A stretch of DNA of 64,000 nt, taken from contig JAVJSW010000068.1 of NCBI GenBank assembly GCA_040219255.1, positions 160,001 to 224,000 of the forward strand, read 5' to 3'. The position numbers were made by a program, and so were the translations under genes. The notes under the pieces were generated by a model. It did no database searches. It was not told the origin of the DNA and saw nothing but the letters and a program-made list of their open reading frames with translations. Below, piece by piece: positions 38,048-48,431 of this stretch. This stretch comes from Sumerlaeia bacterium. Its GTDB lineage: Bacteria > Sumerlaeota > Sumerlaeia > SLMS01 > JAHLLQ01. The stretch's first letter is position 1. Each line of letters starts with the position of its first letter.

Positions 38048-40470
38048 AGCGCCTCACCGCGATCAACTTTTTCCCCGCCTTTACCCCGCCCCGCTCCGGC
38101 GGGGAACTTCGCTATTGGCACCTGCTGACGCGCCTGTCTCGCGGCTTCGAAGTCGCCATGTTCAACCCCACCTATGGCGAGCACGAGCGCGAGGAAGTGC
38201 GCCACACGCCCTCCTGCGTCGAAACGCGCCTGCCCAAGACGCGGCGCTACAACGCCTGGCATCACTTTCTGGATCGCTACGCCGGGTTTTCCGAATGCAG
38301 CGCCTTTGTCTGTGCCATGGCCGGTGCCAGCCACGCCGAGATGCGCGACGCGGTGCGCGAGAGCGCCGAACGCAGCGATGTCGTTTTGCATTGTTTTCCC
38401 TACCTTTACGATTTGTACCCCCAGGCAAAGGGGAGCCAGGTTCTGGCCTACGACGCCCACAACGTGGAATGCCGCATGGCCCGCGACATGTTCGGCACGG
38501 GGTTGCGCGGGCGATGGGCCACGGGCCGTGTGCGCGCCCGCGAGCGCGCCTTGGCCCGCGAGTCGTCGGTGATTTTCGCGTGCAGCGACGAGGACGCCGA
38601 AGTCCTGTCCGAACTCTATTACCTCGACCGCTCGAAAATCGTCGTCGTTCCCAACGGGGTGGACGTGCGTGATACGGCCCCGGCCAAGGATATGAACGCC
38701 CGCCATGCCGCGCGCGAGACCGCCGGCATCGCCGGGCCCCGGCCCGCCATTCTGTTCATCGGCAGCTTCCACCCGCCCAACATGGAAGCCGCCCGGTTCA
38801 TTATCGAGAAGCTCGCCCCCATCGTGGACGAAGCCGATTTCCTGATCGCGGGCAAAGCCTGCCAGGCCTTCGACGGCCAGCCGATGCCGGACAACGTGAA
38901 GCTTCTCGGCCTGGTGGACGAGGAAACGAAGCGGGCGCTGCTCCAGGGATGCGACGCCGCCATCAACCCGATGTTCAGCGGCAGCGGCACGAACCTGAAA
39001 ATGCTGGACTTCCTGGCGTCTGGCCTGCCGGTCATCACGACGGATACGGGGGCGCGGGGGTTGGCTCTCGAGCACCGCGAGCACGCCATGATCGCCGACG
39101 AAGCGCGCATCCCCCACGCCGTCGAGGAAGTCCTCGGCAGCCGGCTTCTGCGCAAGAAGCTGGCGGAAAACGCCCGCGCCCACACGGTCGCGAATTTTTC
39201 CTGGGATGTGATCGCGGGCGAGATGCGCAACGTCCTGGAAATCAAGACCCGGCCCCGCATCTTGATCCTCAACGATTTCCCCGTCACGCCCGTCGATCTG
39301 GGTGGCAAGGTGCGGCTGCAAGCGGTCGGCCGCGAAATGGCCAAAACCGGCCATCCGGTCACCATTCTGACCCTGACCAAAAAAGACAAAGGCCGGCGGA
39401 TCCGCCACGGCGCCCATTTCGAGGAACTCAACGTTCCCCGTTCCCTCGCCCACAACCTGCTGGACAAAGTCCTCTCGCGCGCCTGCGGCGGCGTGGGGGC
39501 GGACGATGTCAGCGCGTTGCGCTTCTGCTGGCTGACGCCCGCGTTCCGCAACGCCCTGCGGCGCGAAAGCCGTAACGCCGTCGCGGTCATGATCTCGCAT
39601 TGTTACCTTGTCCGGGCCGTTCGTCATTTGCATGGGCGGATTCCTCTTTTTCACGATAGCTACAATGTCGAAAGCGACTTGAAGAAACAGCTCTACAGTA
39701 GCAACCCCATCGGCAAGCTCATGCTCCGCTGGGTCATGGATGGCGAGCGCGAAGCCATCCAGCGCAGCGCCGTCACCACCTGCGTCACCCGCGACGACCG
39801 CGAGGAGTTCATCCGCCTCTTCAGCGCCGATGAAGACCGGCTCCTGATCGCGGACAACGGCGTGGATACGGACCGGTTTGTGCCGCTTTCGGTGGAGAAC
39901 CGCCCGCGCCTGCGCCAAAAGGTCGGCTTCTCCGCCGAGCCAGTGGTGCTGTTCCTGGCCAGCGGCCACCCGCCCAACGCCGAAGCGGCTCGGTACATCA
40001 TCCAGCACGTCGCCCCGCCGAATCCGGAATGCACCTTCCTGTTCGTCGGCACGGTGTGCGGTTGGTTCCATCAGGTCATCCTGCCGGAAAACGTGCTGCT
40101 GCTGGGTCTGGTGAGCGAAGAGGCCAAGGACTTCCTGCTCCAGACCGCCGACATCGCGCTCAACCCGGTCTTTGGCGGGTCGGGCACGAACATCAAGATT
40201 CTCGATTACCTGAGCGCCGGCGTCCCGGTGGTCACGACCGAGAAAGGCGCCCGCGGCATCGAGCCGGAGCACCGCCACGCGCTGGCGGTTTGCGAGCCGG
40301 AAGGCATCGCCGAAGCGGTGCGCCGGCTGGCGGGCGATCTGGACGAGCGCCGCCGCCTGGCGGAAGCCGGGCGCAAACTCGCCGAGGAGCGCTTTGACTG
40401 GCGCATCACCCTCGGCGGCCTGGTCCAGACCATGCGCGAAACTATCGACGAGAATTCCGATTACCGATGA
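38044..40470 (+). CDS. Tandem double GT4 glycosyltransferase
   Basis: Two GT-B units ([25 protein letters not shown]; [24 protein letters not shown]); ATGA overlap with aroC. Confidence 0.85.
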   Translation: MKRLTAINFFPAFTPPRSGGELRYWHLLTRLSRGFEVAMFNPTYGEHEREEVRHTPSCVETRLPKTRRYNAWHHFLDRYAGFSECSAFVCAMAGASHAEMRDAVRESAERSDVVLHCFPYLYDLYPQAKGSQVLAYDAHNVECRMARDMFGTGLRGRWATGRVRARERALARESSVIFACSDEDAEVLSELYYLDRSKIVVVPNGVDVRDTAPAKDMNARHAARETAGIAGPRPAILFIGSFHPPNMEAARFIIEKLAPIVDEADFLIAGKACQAFDGQPMPDNVKLLGLVDEETKRALLQGCDAAINPMFSGSGTNLKMLDFLASGLPVITTDTGARGLALEHREHAMIADEARIPHAVEEVLGSRLLRKKLAENARAHTVANFSWDVIAGEMRNVLEIKTRPRILILNDFPVTPVDLGGKVRLQAVGREMAKTGHPVTILTLTKKDKGRRIRHGAHFEELNVPRSLAHNLLDKVLSRACGGVGADDVSALRFCWLTPAFRNALRRESRNAVAVMISHCYLVRAVRHLHGRIPLFHDSYNVESDLKKQLYSSNPIGKLMLRWVMDGEREAIQRSAVTTCVTRDDREEFIRLFSADEDRLLIADNGVDTDRFVPLSVENRPRLRQKVGFSAEPVVLFLASGHPPNAEAARYIIQHVAPPNPECTFLFVGTVCGWFHQVILPENVLLLGLVSEEAKDFLLQTADIALNPVFGGSGTNIKILDYLSAGVPVVTTEKGARGIEPEHRHALAVCEPEGIAEAVRRLAGDLDERRRLAEAGRKLAEERFDWRITLGGLVQTMRETIDENSDYR

Positions 40471-41183
40471 CTTCATCCGATTCTTCTCCTCGCGCCGTTG
40501 TGTTGTGCGGCGGTCATGGGCGGCGTTTGCGCCCCTACACCACGGTGTTGCCCAAGCCGCTGATGCCCATCGGCGACCGGCCCATTCTGGAAATCGTGCT
40601 GGCGCGCCTGCGCGATTGCGGCGTGTGGCGGGTCACGCTCTGCGTCGGCTATCTGGCCGAATTGATTCAGAGCTTCTTCGGCGACGGCTCGCGGCTGGGG
40701 CTGGAAATCGATTACAGTTTCGAGGAAAAACCCCTCGGCACCATCGGCCCGCTGGCCTTCGTCAAGGACCTGGGCGAGGACTTTCTGGTGCTCAATGGCG
40801 ACGTGCTGACGGATCTGAGCCCGATGGCGGTTTTCGAAGCCCACCGGCACAATGGCGCCGACCTGACCATCGCGACCTATGGCCGCGAGGTGAAAATCGA
40901 CTTCGGCGTTCTGCGCAGCGACCCCGGCACGGGCCGCGTCACCGAATTCGTCGAGAAACCCGTGCACCGCTACGAAGTCAGCATGGGTGTGTATGCCGTC
41001 AGCGCCCGCTGCCTGAACCTGTTCGAGCCGGGCCAGGCCTTCGGTTTCGACGACCTGGTGCTGGCGCTGCTGCGCGAGAACCGGCCGGCCGTGCATTTCC
41101 CCCACACCGGCGAATGGCTCGACATCGGGCGCAAAGAGGACTACGAGCGGGCACTGGACAATCCGCTCTGGGAAGAGATTTAG
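40467..41183 (+). CDS. Sugar-phosphate nucleotidyltransferase
   Basis: LCGGHGRRLRPYT..PKPL, EEKPLGTIG, NGDVLTD, FVEKP, WLDIG; ATGA overlap. Confidence 0.9.
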   Translation: MTSSDSSPRAVVLCGGHGRRLRPYTTVLPKPLMPIGDRPILEIVLARLRDCGVWRVTLCVGYLAELIQSFFGDGSRLGLEIDYSFEEKPLGTIGPLAFVKDLGEDFLVLNGDVLTDLSPMAVFEAHRHNGADLTIATYGREVKIDFGVLRSDPGTGRVTEFVEKPVHRYEVSMGVYAVSARCLNLFEPGQAFGFDDLVLALLRENRPAVHFPHTGEWLDIGRKEDYERALDNPLWEEI

Positions 41184-41716
41184 GCAGCGCCGCGCGCCGG
41201 TGAAGGGGATGGTGGACGGAAGGCAGGGAGTCGTCATCGGACAAGGTCCTCGCGAATGGGATGACCCCATTGTGCACAGCTCCTCCCGTTTGTCCCCTCA
41301 TGTGGCAACTCAGGAACAAGAAAGACAAAATACACTAAACAGACAAAAGGGCCTTAGCGGGAGGGGACCGCGCGGACGCCCTTTCGCGCGAGGATCTTTT
41401 TCACCACGGAGACAGGGAGGCGCGAAGATGTGGTGTGCGAGGCCGGGACGGGATTGGGAGTTGAACGTAGAGGAGGAGATTACGCCGCCGCTCAGGCATG
41501 AGGTCTGAATGAAACACAAATAAAATAATAAAATAAATTATCAAATGGACTTTGTACACCCTCTATCCCTCGCCCGCAACCCCCTCTGCACCTTTGTCCC
41601 TTGGCTTCTTTGCGTTAAAAAAACAATTAAGTTCCCCCCCCCAGCAAATCCCCCACCTCGGCCTTCACCCGCTCCAATCGATCCATCTGGTGGGCCGTGA
41701 CGCTCGCGCCTTCGCG

Positions 41717-43021
41717 TCAATTCTTGGGCGGTTCATGGGCCTGGGTGAAGGGCTCGTAGGCTTCCTCCAGGTCCTCGCGGTCGTGGCTGGCGGTGCTGGC
41801 GGACCGGGCCATCTCCGCGATCATGTGCGCCTGGCGGAGGATGGCGCGGCGGCGGGGAGCGGTGTTGTGCTGGATGTGGCGGTCGATGGCGGCCAACGAA
41901 CGCAGCAGATGAATCGCCACGCTGGGTTTGTCCGCTCCGTTTTGGCGGATTTGGTTGAAGGCCGCCGCCAGGTAATCCTCGAAGCGGGCGCGTTTGCGCA
42001 GCACGCGCAGAGTGCCGTCGTCGTCGCACAGCCTCGATTCGCTGTCGGACAGGGCCGCCAGACGGGCCAAGGCGGCCGACAACCAATCGATGGCGCGGAC
42101 CGCGGTGAAGGGATCGTTGATTCCGGGCGAGAGCGACCGCACCGCGACCTCGACCAATTGCTCCACGTAGAAGTCCGTGTCTTGGATCAGGGTCCTTTGC
42201 CGCCCCACGGTCAACGTCTGCTTCAGAGATTTTTCCAGTTCCTCGCGCTTGTCCATCGGCCACACCGTGCCGATCACGTCGCCCGTGCGGACGAAATCGC
42301 CGGCGCCGCGCTCCAGCCGGATCATGGCGTCGTTCGCTTTCGCTTTCACGATCAAACCCTCGTAATCCAGCGACTTGATGTAGCCGGTCGCCGCGGCGGC
42401 CAGGGGGGCGCCCTCATCGGCCATCTCGGCGGGAATGGCGATGTTGGGCGAGGCCTCATCCGCGCCGTCGCTCTCCAGCGCATGCGTCAGCTTCTTTCCG
42501 ATTTGGGCGACCACCAGGCTCGCGTTGATCGACTGGGCCACATGGTGAACGAAGTGGATCAGTTGGCCCGTGACCAACAGCGTCATCAGCAGCGCGAACA
42601 AGATGGTCAGGTGGGACAGCGTTTCCTCGGCCTGTTGGCTTCCCCTCAACGCCACCAAGCAGAACAGGAACGTGGCCAGAAACGCCCCGAGGGTGAATTG
42701 ATTCGTGCGGTCGCGCATGAAATTCGTCAGTAGCCGGGGACCGAGTTGGGACGACGCCTGCACCAACGTCAGCATCGTCATGGAAAACACGATGCTGACC
42801 GCCGTGAACATTGCGCCCGCGATGGTGGTCAGCAACGCCCTTACGCTGGCGCGGTCCAGCGCGAGCAGTGGTTCGGGCAATTGGAGTCCCCGCCGGTACA
42901 TTTCGCCATCGATCCAGAGGCAGAAAAACGCGAAGGCGAGGGCGCCGAGACACATCAGGCCCGGCACGAACCAGTAACTGCTCTTCAAGGAATCCCAAAT
43001 AACGGTCAGTTTCGATTTCAT
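41717..43021 (-). CDS. DUF2254 family membrane protein
   Basis: SYWFVP, FSMTMLTL..ASSQLGPRLL.NF.RDR, RSLSPGINDPFTA; start ATG 43021 overlapping upstream stop. Confidence 0.85.
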   Translation of the reverse strand: MKSKLTVIWDSLKSSYWFVPGLMCLGALAFAFFCLWIDGEMYRRGLQLPEPLLALDRASVRALLTTIAGAMFTAVSIVFSMTMLTLVQASSQLGPRLLTNFMRDRTNQFTLGAFLATFLFCLVALRGSQQAEETLSHLTILFALLMTLLVTGQLIHFVHHVAQSINASLVVAQIGKKLTHALESDGADEASPNIAIPAEMADEGAPLAAAATGYIKSLDYEGLIVKAKANDAMIRLERGAGDFVRTGDVIGTVWPMDKREELEKSLKQTLTVGRQRTLIQDTDFYVEQLVEVAVRSLSPGINDPFTAVRAIDWLSAALARLAALSDSESRLCDDDGTLRVLRKRARFEDYLAAAFNQIRQNGADKPSVAIHLLRSLAAIDRHIQHNTAPRRRAILRQAHMIAEMARSASTASHDREDLEEAYEPFTQAHEPPKN

Positions 43022-45147
43022 CGATTCACCACCTCGCCGCCGCTGGCCGAGAGCAATTCCTCCACTGCCGCCTTCACCTGCTCCACGGTGATCCGCAGCA
43101 TGTGCTCGTTGATGGCGAAGCCGCGCGTTTCCTCGGGCAGCCAGTCCCAGGGCGCGCCGCGCACCACGCGGAAGGGCGGGGCGTGGTCTTCGCCCGGCAG
43201 GCGTGGCTGGGGGCCCCAGACGCGGTCGTCCGACGGCCCGAAGAGGATCACCGTGGGGGCGCCCACGGCCTGGGCAATGTGTTGCGGGCCGGAATCGGTG
43301 CCGAGGCACACCCGGGCGCGGCGATGGATGGCGCCCAACTCCAGTGGTTTCAGCAAGCCGTGCAACCCAAAGGCGCCGTCTGGCGGCAGGTTCATGGCTT
43401 CGAACTCGCCGCGCTGTTCGCGCATGTCGGTGAAGACGACGGGCAGGTCTTTTTCCTCGATCAGCCAGCGCGCCAGCGCGGCCCAGCGCTCCGTGGGCCA
43501 GCTCTTGAACCGCGCCGGATCATCGGCGTGGATCGCGGCGAAGGGTCTGCCGGCCAGGCCACAGCGTTCGAGCAGGGCGTCGGCGCGGGCCTGCGCGTCC
43601 CGTGGGATCGCGAGGCGGGGGCGTTGCGGCACGGGAGCGACCCCCATGGGCGCCAGGAGGTTGAGCAGCGACGCGGCCTCGGCCTTGCCCTCGAGCTTGT
43701 GGACGCGGACGGCGGCGAAATCGGTGGCGTATTGCTGGGCGAAACCGTTCTCGCGATTCCAGCAGATCACCGGCGCGTCCGTGGCGGTGTAGAGGCCCAG
43801 CGGCGGGGCCTGGTGGAAATAGGTGACGACGATGACGTCGGGGCGGGCTCGGGCGACGGCTTCCGCGACCGCGCGGATGTGGCGGGGGCGCCGGCCGGTC
43901 AGACCGCGGGGCAGCTCGACGACCTGGTCCGCCCCCGGGGCGCCACGGTAGATCTCCGCCGCCGTCGGACCGCAGAGCACGGACACCTCGCACGCGGGAA
44001 AGGCCTTCTTGAGCTGTCCGATCATTGGCAGCGTCAGCACCGCGTCGCCGAGCCAGTTGTAGCAAACGACCAGGGCGCGGCGGGGCGGATCGGCGGGGCT
44101 GGGGACGGGGCGGGGCTGGCGCAGGGCATGGAAGGCCCGCGCGGCGGCGGGGCGCAGGGCGGCCTTGGCGTGACCGAGAAGGCCGTTCCTGCCCTCTCTG
44201 AGGAGCAAGGCGAGGCGTTTCGGGGGCGAGATACCATCCGGGCCGAAATCGTCCACGGCAGCGCCCAGAAAAGCGGCTTGGCGCCGCGTCCAGATTTTGT
44301 GCCGGCGCAGGGCCTGACCCGAGGTCAGAGCCGGATCGAAGAGGTCGCGGGCGAGACGCAGCGGCGCCTGGGCGAGATCGCTGGCGGCGGCGGCGAGGTC
44401 CTCGCGGGGGTGTTCGCGGCGCCAATGGGCGCGGCCGTCGCGCTCGGCCCGGTCGGCCATCACGGAAAAACGCAGGCGGTCTTTCGGGATCCGGTGCCAG
44501 ACGAGGGCCCGGGGCGCCAACTCTGCCCGCAGCCCGGCCCGCCGCAGAGCCCGCCAGAACTGAGCGTCCTCGCGCCCGGCGTCGTAGTCGGCCCCGCCCG
44601 ACTGGCCGAACCGGGCGCCGATTTCCTGGAAGGGATGCCGTTCCCAGACCGCCTTGCGAAAGGCCAGGTTGGCCGTCGTGGGCAGCGCGACGCGCCCGCC
44701 CAGAGGCCCCCAGAAGTCCGGCGGATAAAGCCCCGCGAGCCAGGCCTGGTCCGGCGTCAGATCGGGCGGCGAGGGCAGTTCCTCGGCCGGGAGAAGCCCG
44801 CCGCCCACCGCGTCCGCCTCGCGCAGCGCCTCCACCAACCGGCGGAGCCAATGGCGATCGGCGAGGCAATCGTCGTCGATGGAGGCGATCAGTTCGCCCT
44901 GGGCGGCGGCGGCCCCGGCGTTGCGGGCCTCCGCATAGCCAGAGCCCGCGGGGGCCTCGATCAGGCGCAGGGCAAAAGGGCCTTGCCAGCCGGCGAGGGC
45001 CTCGCGCGTGCCATCGGCCGGGTCGGTCAGCACAACGACGGCTTCGGCGGGGGCGAGGGAGCCCTCGGCGATGCTCTGGAGGCAATCGAGCAGAAAGGGG
45101 ATGCGGCGGGCCGTCAGCAAAACGACGGAGACGGACGGCTCGGCCAT
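43018..45147 (-). CDS. Fusion of GT2 and GT9 (heptosyltransferase-like) glycosyltransferases
   Basis: N-half ARNAG..IDDDC, ANLAFRK, EDA; C-half WLGDAVLTLP, KSWP.ERW, GTDSGPQHIA.AVG.PTVILFGP. Confidence 0.85.
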   Translation of the reverse strand: MAEPSVSVVLLTARRIPFLLDCLQSIAEGSLAPAEAVVVLTDPADGTREALAGWQGPFALRLIEAPAGSGYAEARNAGAAAAQGELIASIDDDCLADRHWLRRLVEALREADAVGGGLLPAEELPSPPDLTPDQAWLAGLYPPDFWGPLGGRVALPTTANLAFRKAVWERHPFQEIGARFGQSGGADYDAGREDAQFWRALRRAGLRAELAPRALVWHRIPKDRLRFSVMADRAERDGRAHWRREHPREDLAAAASDLAQAPLRLARDLFDPALTSGQALRRHKIWTRRQAAFLGAAVDDFGPDGISPPKRLALLLREGRNGLLGHAKAALRPAAARAFHALRQPRPVPSPADPPRRALVVCYNWLGDAVLTLPMIGQLKKAFPACEVSVLCGPTAAEIYRGAPGADQVVELPRGLTGRRPRHIRAVAEAVARARPDVIVVTYFHQAPPLGLYTATDAPVICWNRENGFAQQYATDFAAVRVHKLEGKAEAASLLNLLAPMGVAPVPQRPRLAIPRDAQARADALLERCGLAGRPFAAIHADDPARFKSWPTERWAALARWLIEEKDLPVVFTDMREQRGEFEAMNLPPDGAFGLHGLLKPLELGAIHRRARVCLGTDSGPQHIAQAVGAPTVILFGPSDDRVWGPQPRLPGEDHAPPFRVVRGAPWDWLPEETRGFAINEHMLRITVEQVKAAVEELLSASGGEVVNR

Positions 45148-45157
45148 GGGCTGGGGA

Positions 45158-45400
45158 TTAGCCTATCTTGAATTTCAGCAGGGATTTCCCGCCGAACCAG
45201 GTGAGCCAGCCGAGCAGAAAGAGCACCGCCGAGACAATGAAAAGACCGCTGCCGCGTTCCGACAGGATCACGGTCAGCAGGCTGCAAATGACAACCACGG
45301 CGCCGATGCCCATCATGGTGCGCCCGCGCTTTTGCAGTTTGGCCCGTTCCTCGGGAGTCAGGGGCTTTTTCTCCGGTTTGGCCGGGGTGGGATCTGCCAC
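45158..45400 (-). CDS. Small two-TM membrane protein
   Basis: Two hydrophobic helices; AGGA RBS; tightly packed in the minus-strand operon. Confidence 0.6.
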   Translation of the reverse strand: MADPTPAKPEKKPLTPEERAKLQKRGRTMMGIGAVVVICSLLTVILSERGSGLFIVSAVLFLLGWLTWFGGKSLLKFKIG

Positions 45401-45418
45401 GGTATGGAGTCCTTTCCG

Positions 45419-46510
45419 TTAGTCGTTCACGATGGCGAAGGGCTTGGGGGCCTGGGCCGAGTTGAGGATGGAAACGCGCTGGGCCACGCGCTCGGCGATG
45501 TCGCGATAGAGCGTGTAGTAGGGTTCCTGGGCCGGGTCGGCGGCGGGGGGAAAGCCCTCGTCCATGGCCTTGCGCAGGAGGCTGTTGAGGGGAATCTCGC
45601 CCAGCAGGGCGGTGCGGCTGTTGTCCGCGAAGGTCTGGCCGCCCCCCCGGCCGAAGACATGATCGCGGTGGCCGCATTCGGGACATTCGAACCAGGACAT
45701 GTTCTCGACAATGCCCAGGATCGGCACGTTGAGCTGGCGGAACATGGCGAGGCCCTTCTGAGCATCGTGGATGGCGACGTTCTGAGGCGTGGTGACGATC
45801 ACGGCGCCGGTGATCGGAACGGACTGGCAGAGGCTGAGCTGCACATCGCCGGTGCCCGGGGGCAAATCCACCACCAGATAATCCCGGTCGCCCCAGGTCA
45901 CATCGTTGAGCAACTGGCGCATCGCCCCATGCAGCATCGGCCCGCGCCAGACGACCGGCTGATCGTCCGCCACCAGGAAGCCCATGGACATGGCGCGAAC
46001 GCCGTTCTTCTCGAGCGGCACGATGCGGTTGTCGATGACCTGGGGCCGGCCTGTCAGACCCAGCATGGCCGGAATGTTCGGGCCGTAGATGTCGGCGTCC
46101 AGCAGCGCCACGCGCGCGCCCGTTTGCGCCAGCGCCATCGCCAAGTTCACCGCTGTGGTGGATTTGCCCACGCCGCCCTTGCCCGAACCGACCGCGATGA
46201 TATTGCGGATGCCCGGGATCGGGGCCTTGCCGTTGAGGGACTGGCCCTGCTTCACGTTGGCGGTCATTTCGATGGTGATCTCGCCGACGCCGGGAACCAT
46301 GGTCTCGATGGCGCCCCGGCAATCGTTCTCGATTTTTTTCTTCAGGGGGCAAGCTGGCGTGGTCAGCTCGACCGTCACCGCGACGGCGTTGTCGTCGCCC
46401 ACCACGACCGACTTGATCATGTTCAGGGTCACGAGGTCTTTCTTGATGTCGGGGTCGTTGACCGTGCGCAGCGCGTTGAGAACTTGGTCTTTGAGGGAAG
46501 GAGATGGCAT
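45419..46510 (-). CDS. apbC: Mrp/NBP35 Fe-S cluster carrier ATPase (ApbC)
   Basis: DPDIKKDLV..LTTPACP, GKGGVGKST, DADIYGP, WRGPM, DLPPGTGD, ENMS..CPEC; start refined to ATG 46510. Confidence 0.93.
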   Translation of the reverse strand: MPSPSLKDQVLNALRTVNDPDIKKDLVTLNMIKSVVVGDDNAVAVTVELTTPACPLKKKIENDCRGAIETMVPGVGEITIEMTANVKQGQSLNGKAPIPGIRNIIAVGSGKGGVGKSTTAVNLAMALAQTGARVALLDADIYGPNIPAMLGLTGRPQVIDNRIVPLEKNGVRAMSMGFLVADDQPVVWRGPMLHGAMRQLLNDVTWGDRDYLVVDLPPGTGDVQLSLCQSVPITGAVIVTTPQNVAIHDAQKGLAMFRQLNVPILGIVENMSWFECPECGHRDHVFGRGGGQTFADNSRTALLGEIPLNSLLRKAMDEGFPPAADPAQEPYYTLYRDIAERVAQRVSILNSAQAPKPFAIVND

Positions 46511-46545
46511 GGGGCGAGTGGTGACAGCCTGCTGAAAACGGAAAT

Positions 46546-46571
46546 GGGGCACGAATTCGCATCCGTGCCCC
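46546..46571 (-). terminator. Possible terminator hairpin
   Basis: GGGGCACG / CGTGCCCC stem downstream of the FGE-family gene, followed on the minus strand by ATTTCCGTTTT. Confidence 0.4.
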
Positions 46572-46597
46572 CAGTTAGCGAGAGAAGTGCCGCCGCC

Positions 46598-48286
46598 TCA
46601 AGGGCGGAGTTCGAGGACTTGACCCATCAGCGGCGGAAGCTGGCGCGTGATGACGCGGACCCGTTCCTCGGAAGCCTCGTTGGGAGCGACGATCATCGCG
46701 CGGTGATCGGCGCCGGGCAGCACCTTGATCTGGAAAGGTTCGGGCGCAGCCGTGTCCTCCGAGACCGCCGCGTACTGGGCGTAGACACTGTAGGTGGTGC
46801 CGGGAAAATCGTCCAGGAACAGGGACTCGCCGGGGTTGATGCGCTGGGTCGCCATCGGTTCGAAGGGAACGGCCTTGGGGCCGAGACGGACCTCGATGGG
46901 GTAGGGCGCCGCGTTGTAGATTTGGAATTCGTTCCACATCGAAGTGTACTTGCCATGGTAGTGTTGCCGGGCGGAGCGCACGGGCGAGGGCATGGTGGTT
47001 TCGCCGTCGGCGGAAATCAGCGCATTGAACGTCCCGGGCAAAATCACCACCACCGGTTCGGAGGCGGAGTTGATGCTGCCCAAATCCACCACCCCCGCAT
47101 CGGGGGCGTCGGGCGAGTAGCCGAAGAGCCGGAACACGCCCCCGGAGGGCACTCTGACACGGCTCGAACTCATAGGGGTCATCTCCTGCGGGAAGCCCTG
47201 GAGGCGGGCCGACTCGAGATCGACGAATCCCAGCCGCACATTCAGCGGCGTGCGGTTCTGGAACTTCAGTGGCACGCCCGAACTCCGCGAGACCCGCAGT
47301 CCGGCCGGAGGCGGCGAGGCTGGGTCCTGGAACAGGGACAGAATCTGAGACTGAATCGCGCTGGCGACCTCGTCCGGCTTCGGCGTCGGGGTTGGGGTCG
47401 GCGGCGGCGTCGGCGTCGGAGTTTCGTCGGGCTTCGCCTGAACCCGGTAGACCGTTCGGAAACCGATTTCGTCGCGCACTTGATTGGCGATGGAGGGATA
47501 GCGATCCGTGTAGGCGCCTTCGCCCCTCACATAGTTGGACCCGCGGACGACCTTGGACTGACCCGAGGGCGGACCGGTGGGATCGGTTTGTCCCGCCAGC
47601 ACGGAGCGATAGTCCCTCTCGTACCAGTCGGCGACCCACTCGGACACGTTCGACGCCATGCCATGGACTCCCATCGGCGAGACATCGCCGGGGATTGCCT
47701 CCACCTTGTCGGTCGCGCCGTAGCTGCCTCGGCCCAGCGCCAGGTTGTTCTGCCGCAGGCTGTTGCCCCAGGGGTAGAGCTGGGCGTTCGGGCCCTGCGC
47801 CGCCGCCATCCACTCCGCCTCCGTCGGCAACGCTTTCCTCACGGTCTTGGCGTAGCCCTCGGCGTCGTACCAGGTAATCGACGACGCGGGCCGCCCCTCC
47901 TCGCGCAGAGCCTTGTTCGACGGCACACGGGGGACGCCGATGGAGGCGCGCTGCTGGACGTCCATATAGCGTTCGATCGACATTTCGTACTTGTCGATAT
48001 AGAAGGAGCCGAGGCGTACTTCGAACGGTTCGCTGGGGTCGCCGACACGGTACACCCCGCCGGGGATCAGCACCATGATCGAGCGGTCGTAGGGGAACTC
48101 GATCTCCTTGGGCAAGGGTCCGAAATCCGGCGTGTCGATCGTTGGCGTACCCGGCAGAGGGCGCTGAGCGAGAAGCGGCGCCGCCAGAAAAAGGCAGACG
48201 GCAAGGAAGGGAGGAGTGAGGGATCGAAGAATCATTGGCAAAAAAGGTCCCGGAAAGCGTCTCGGAAAAAACTGTCCCGTTGTCAT
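46598..48286 (-). CDS. Exported formylglycine-generating-enzyme (SUMF1/FGE-sulfatase) fold protein, probably non-catalytic, with PT linker and C-terminal domains
   Basis: FYIDKYEMS, ITWYDA..LPTEAEW, YPWG, MASNVSEWVADWY, VVRGSNY, IGFRT; no catalytic Cys pair; start may be ATG 48235. Confidence 0.8.
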   Translation of the reverse strand: MTTGQFFPRRFPGPFLPMILRSLTPPFLAVCLFLAAPLLAQRPLPGTPTIDTPDFGPLPKEIEFPYDRSIMVLIPGGVYRVGDPSEPFEVRLGSFYIDKYEMSIERYMDVQQRASIGVPRVPSNKALREEGRPASSITWYDAEGYAKTVRKALPTEAEWMAAAQGPNAQLYPWGNSLRQNNLALGRGSYGATDKVEAIPGDVSPMGVHGMASNVSEWVADWYERDYRSVLAGQTDPTGPPSGQSKVVRGSNYVRGEGAYTDRYPSIANQVRDEIGFRTVYRVQAKPDETPTPTPPPTPTPTPKPDEVASAIQSQILSLFQDPASPPPAGLRVSRSSGVPLKFQNRTPLNVRLGFVDLESARLQGFPQEMTPMSSSRVRVPSGGVFRLFGYSPDAPDAGVVDLGSINSASEPVVVILPGTFNALISADGETTMPSPVRSARQHYHGKYTSMWNEFQIYNAAPYPIEVRLGPKAVPFEPMATQRINPGESLFLDDFPGTTYSVYAQYAAVSEDTAAPEPFQIKVLPGADHRAMIVAPNEASEERVRVITRQLPPLMGQVLELRP

Positions 48287-48352
48287 AGTGCGGGTTGAAG
48301 TATGGGAAAAGGAAAATCCGCCAAAAGTTCCCGGCGGGGTTGTGGAAGGCGT

Positions 48353-48399
48353 AAAAAAAGACCGAGGGCGGGAAGCTTTGGCAAGCCTCCCGCCCTCGG
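48353..48399 (-). terminator. Intrinsic terminator of the 48432..50252 gene
   Basis: 12-bp stem CCGAGGGCGGGA / TCCCGCCCTCGG with T7 tail on the minus strand. Confidence 0.8.
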
Positions 48400-48431
48400 G
48401 GTCAGGGGTTAGGGTGGATTAGATCAGCCGA

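Noticed and set aside
41200-41508. 102-aa ORF in the intergenic gap
   Set aside because: Atypical composition, no motif, and it overlaps repeat-like sequence.
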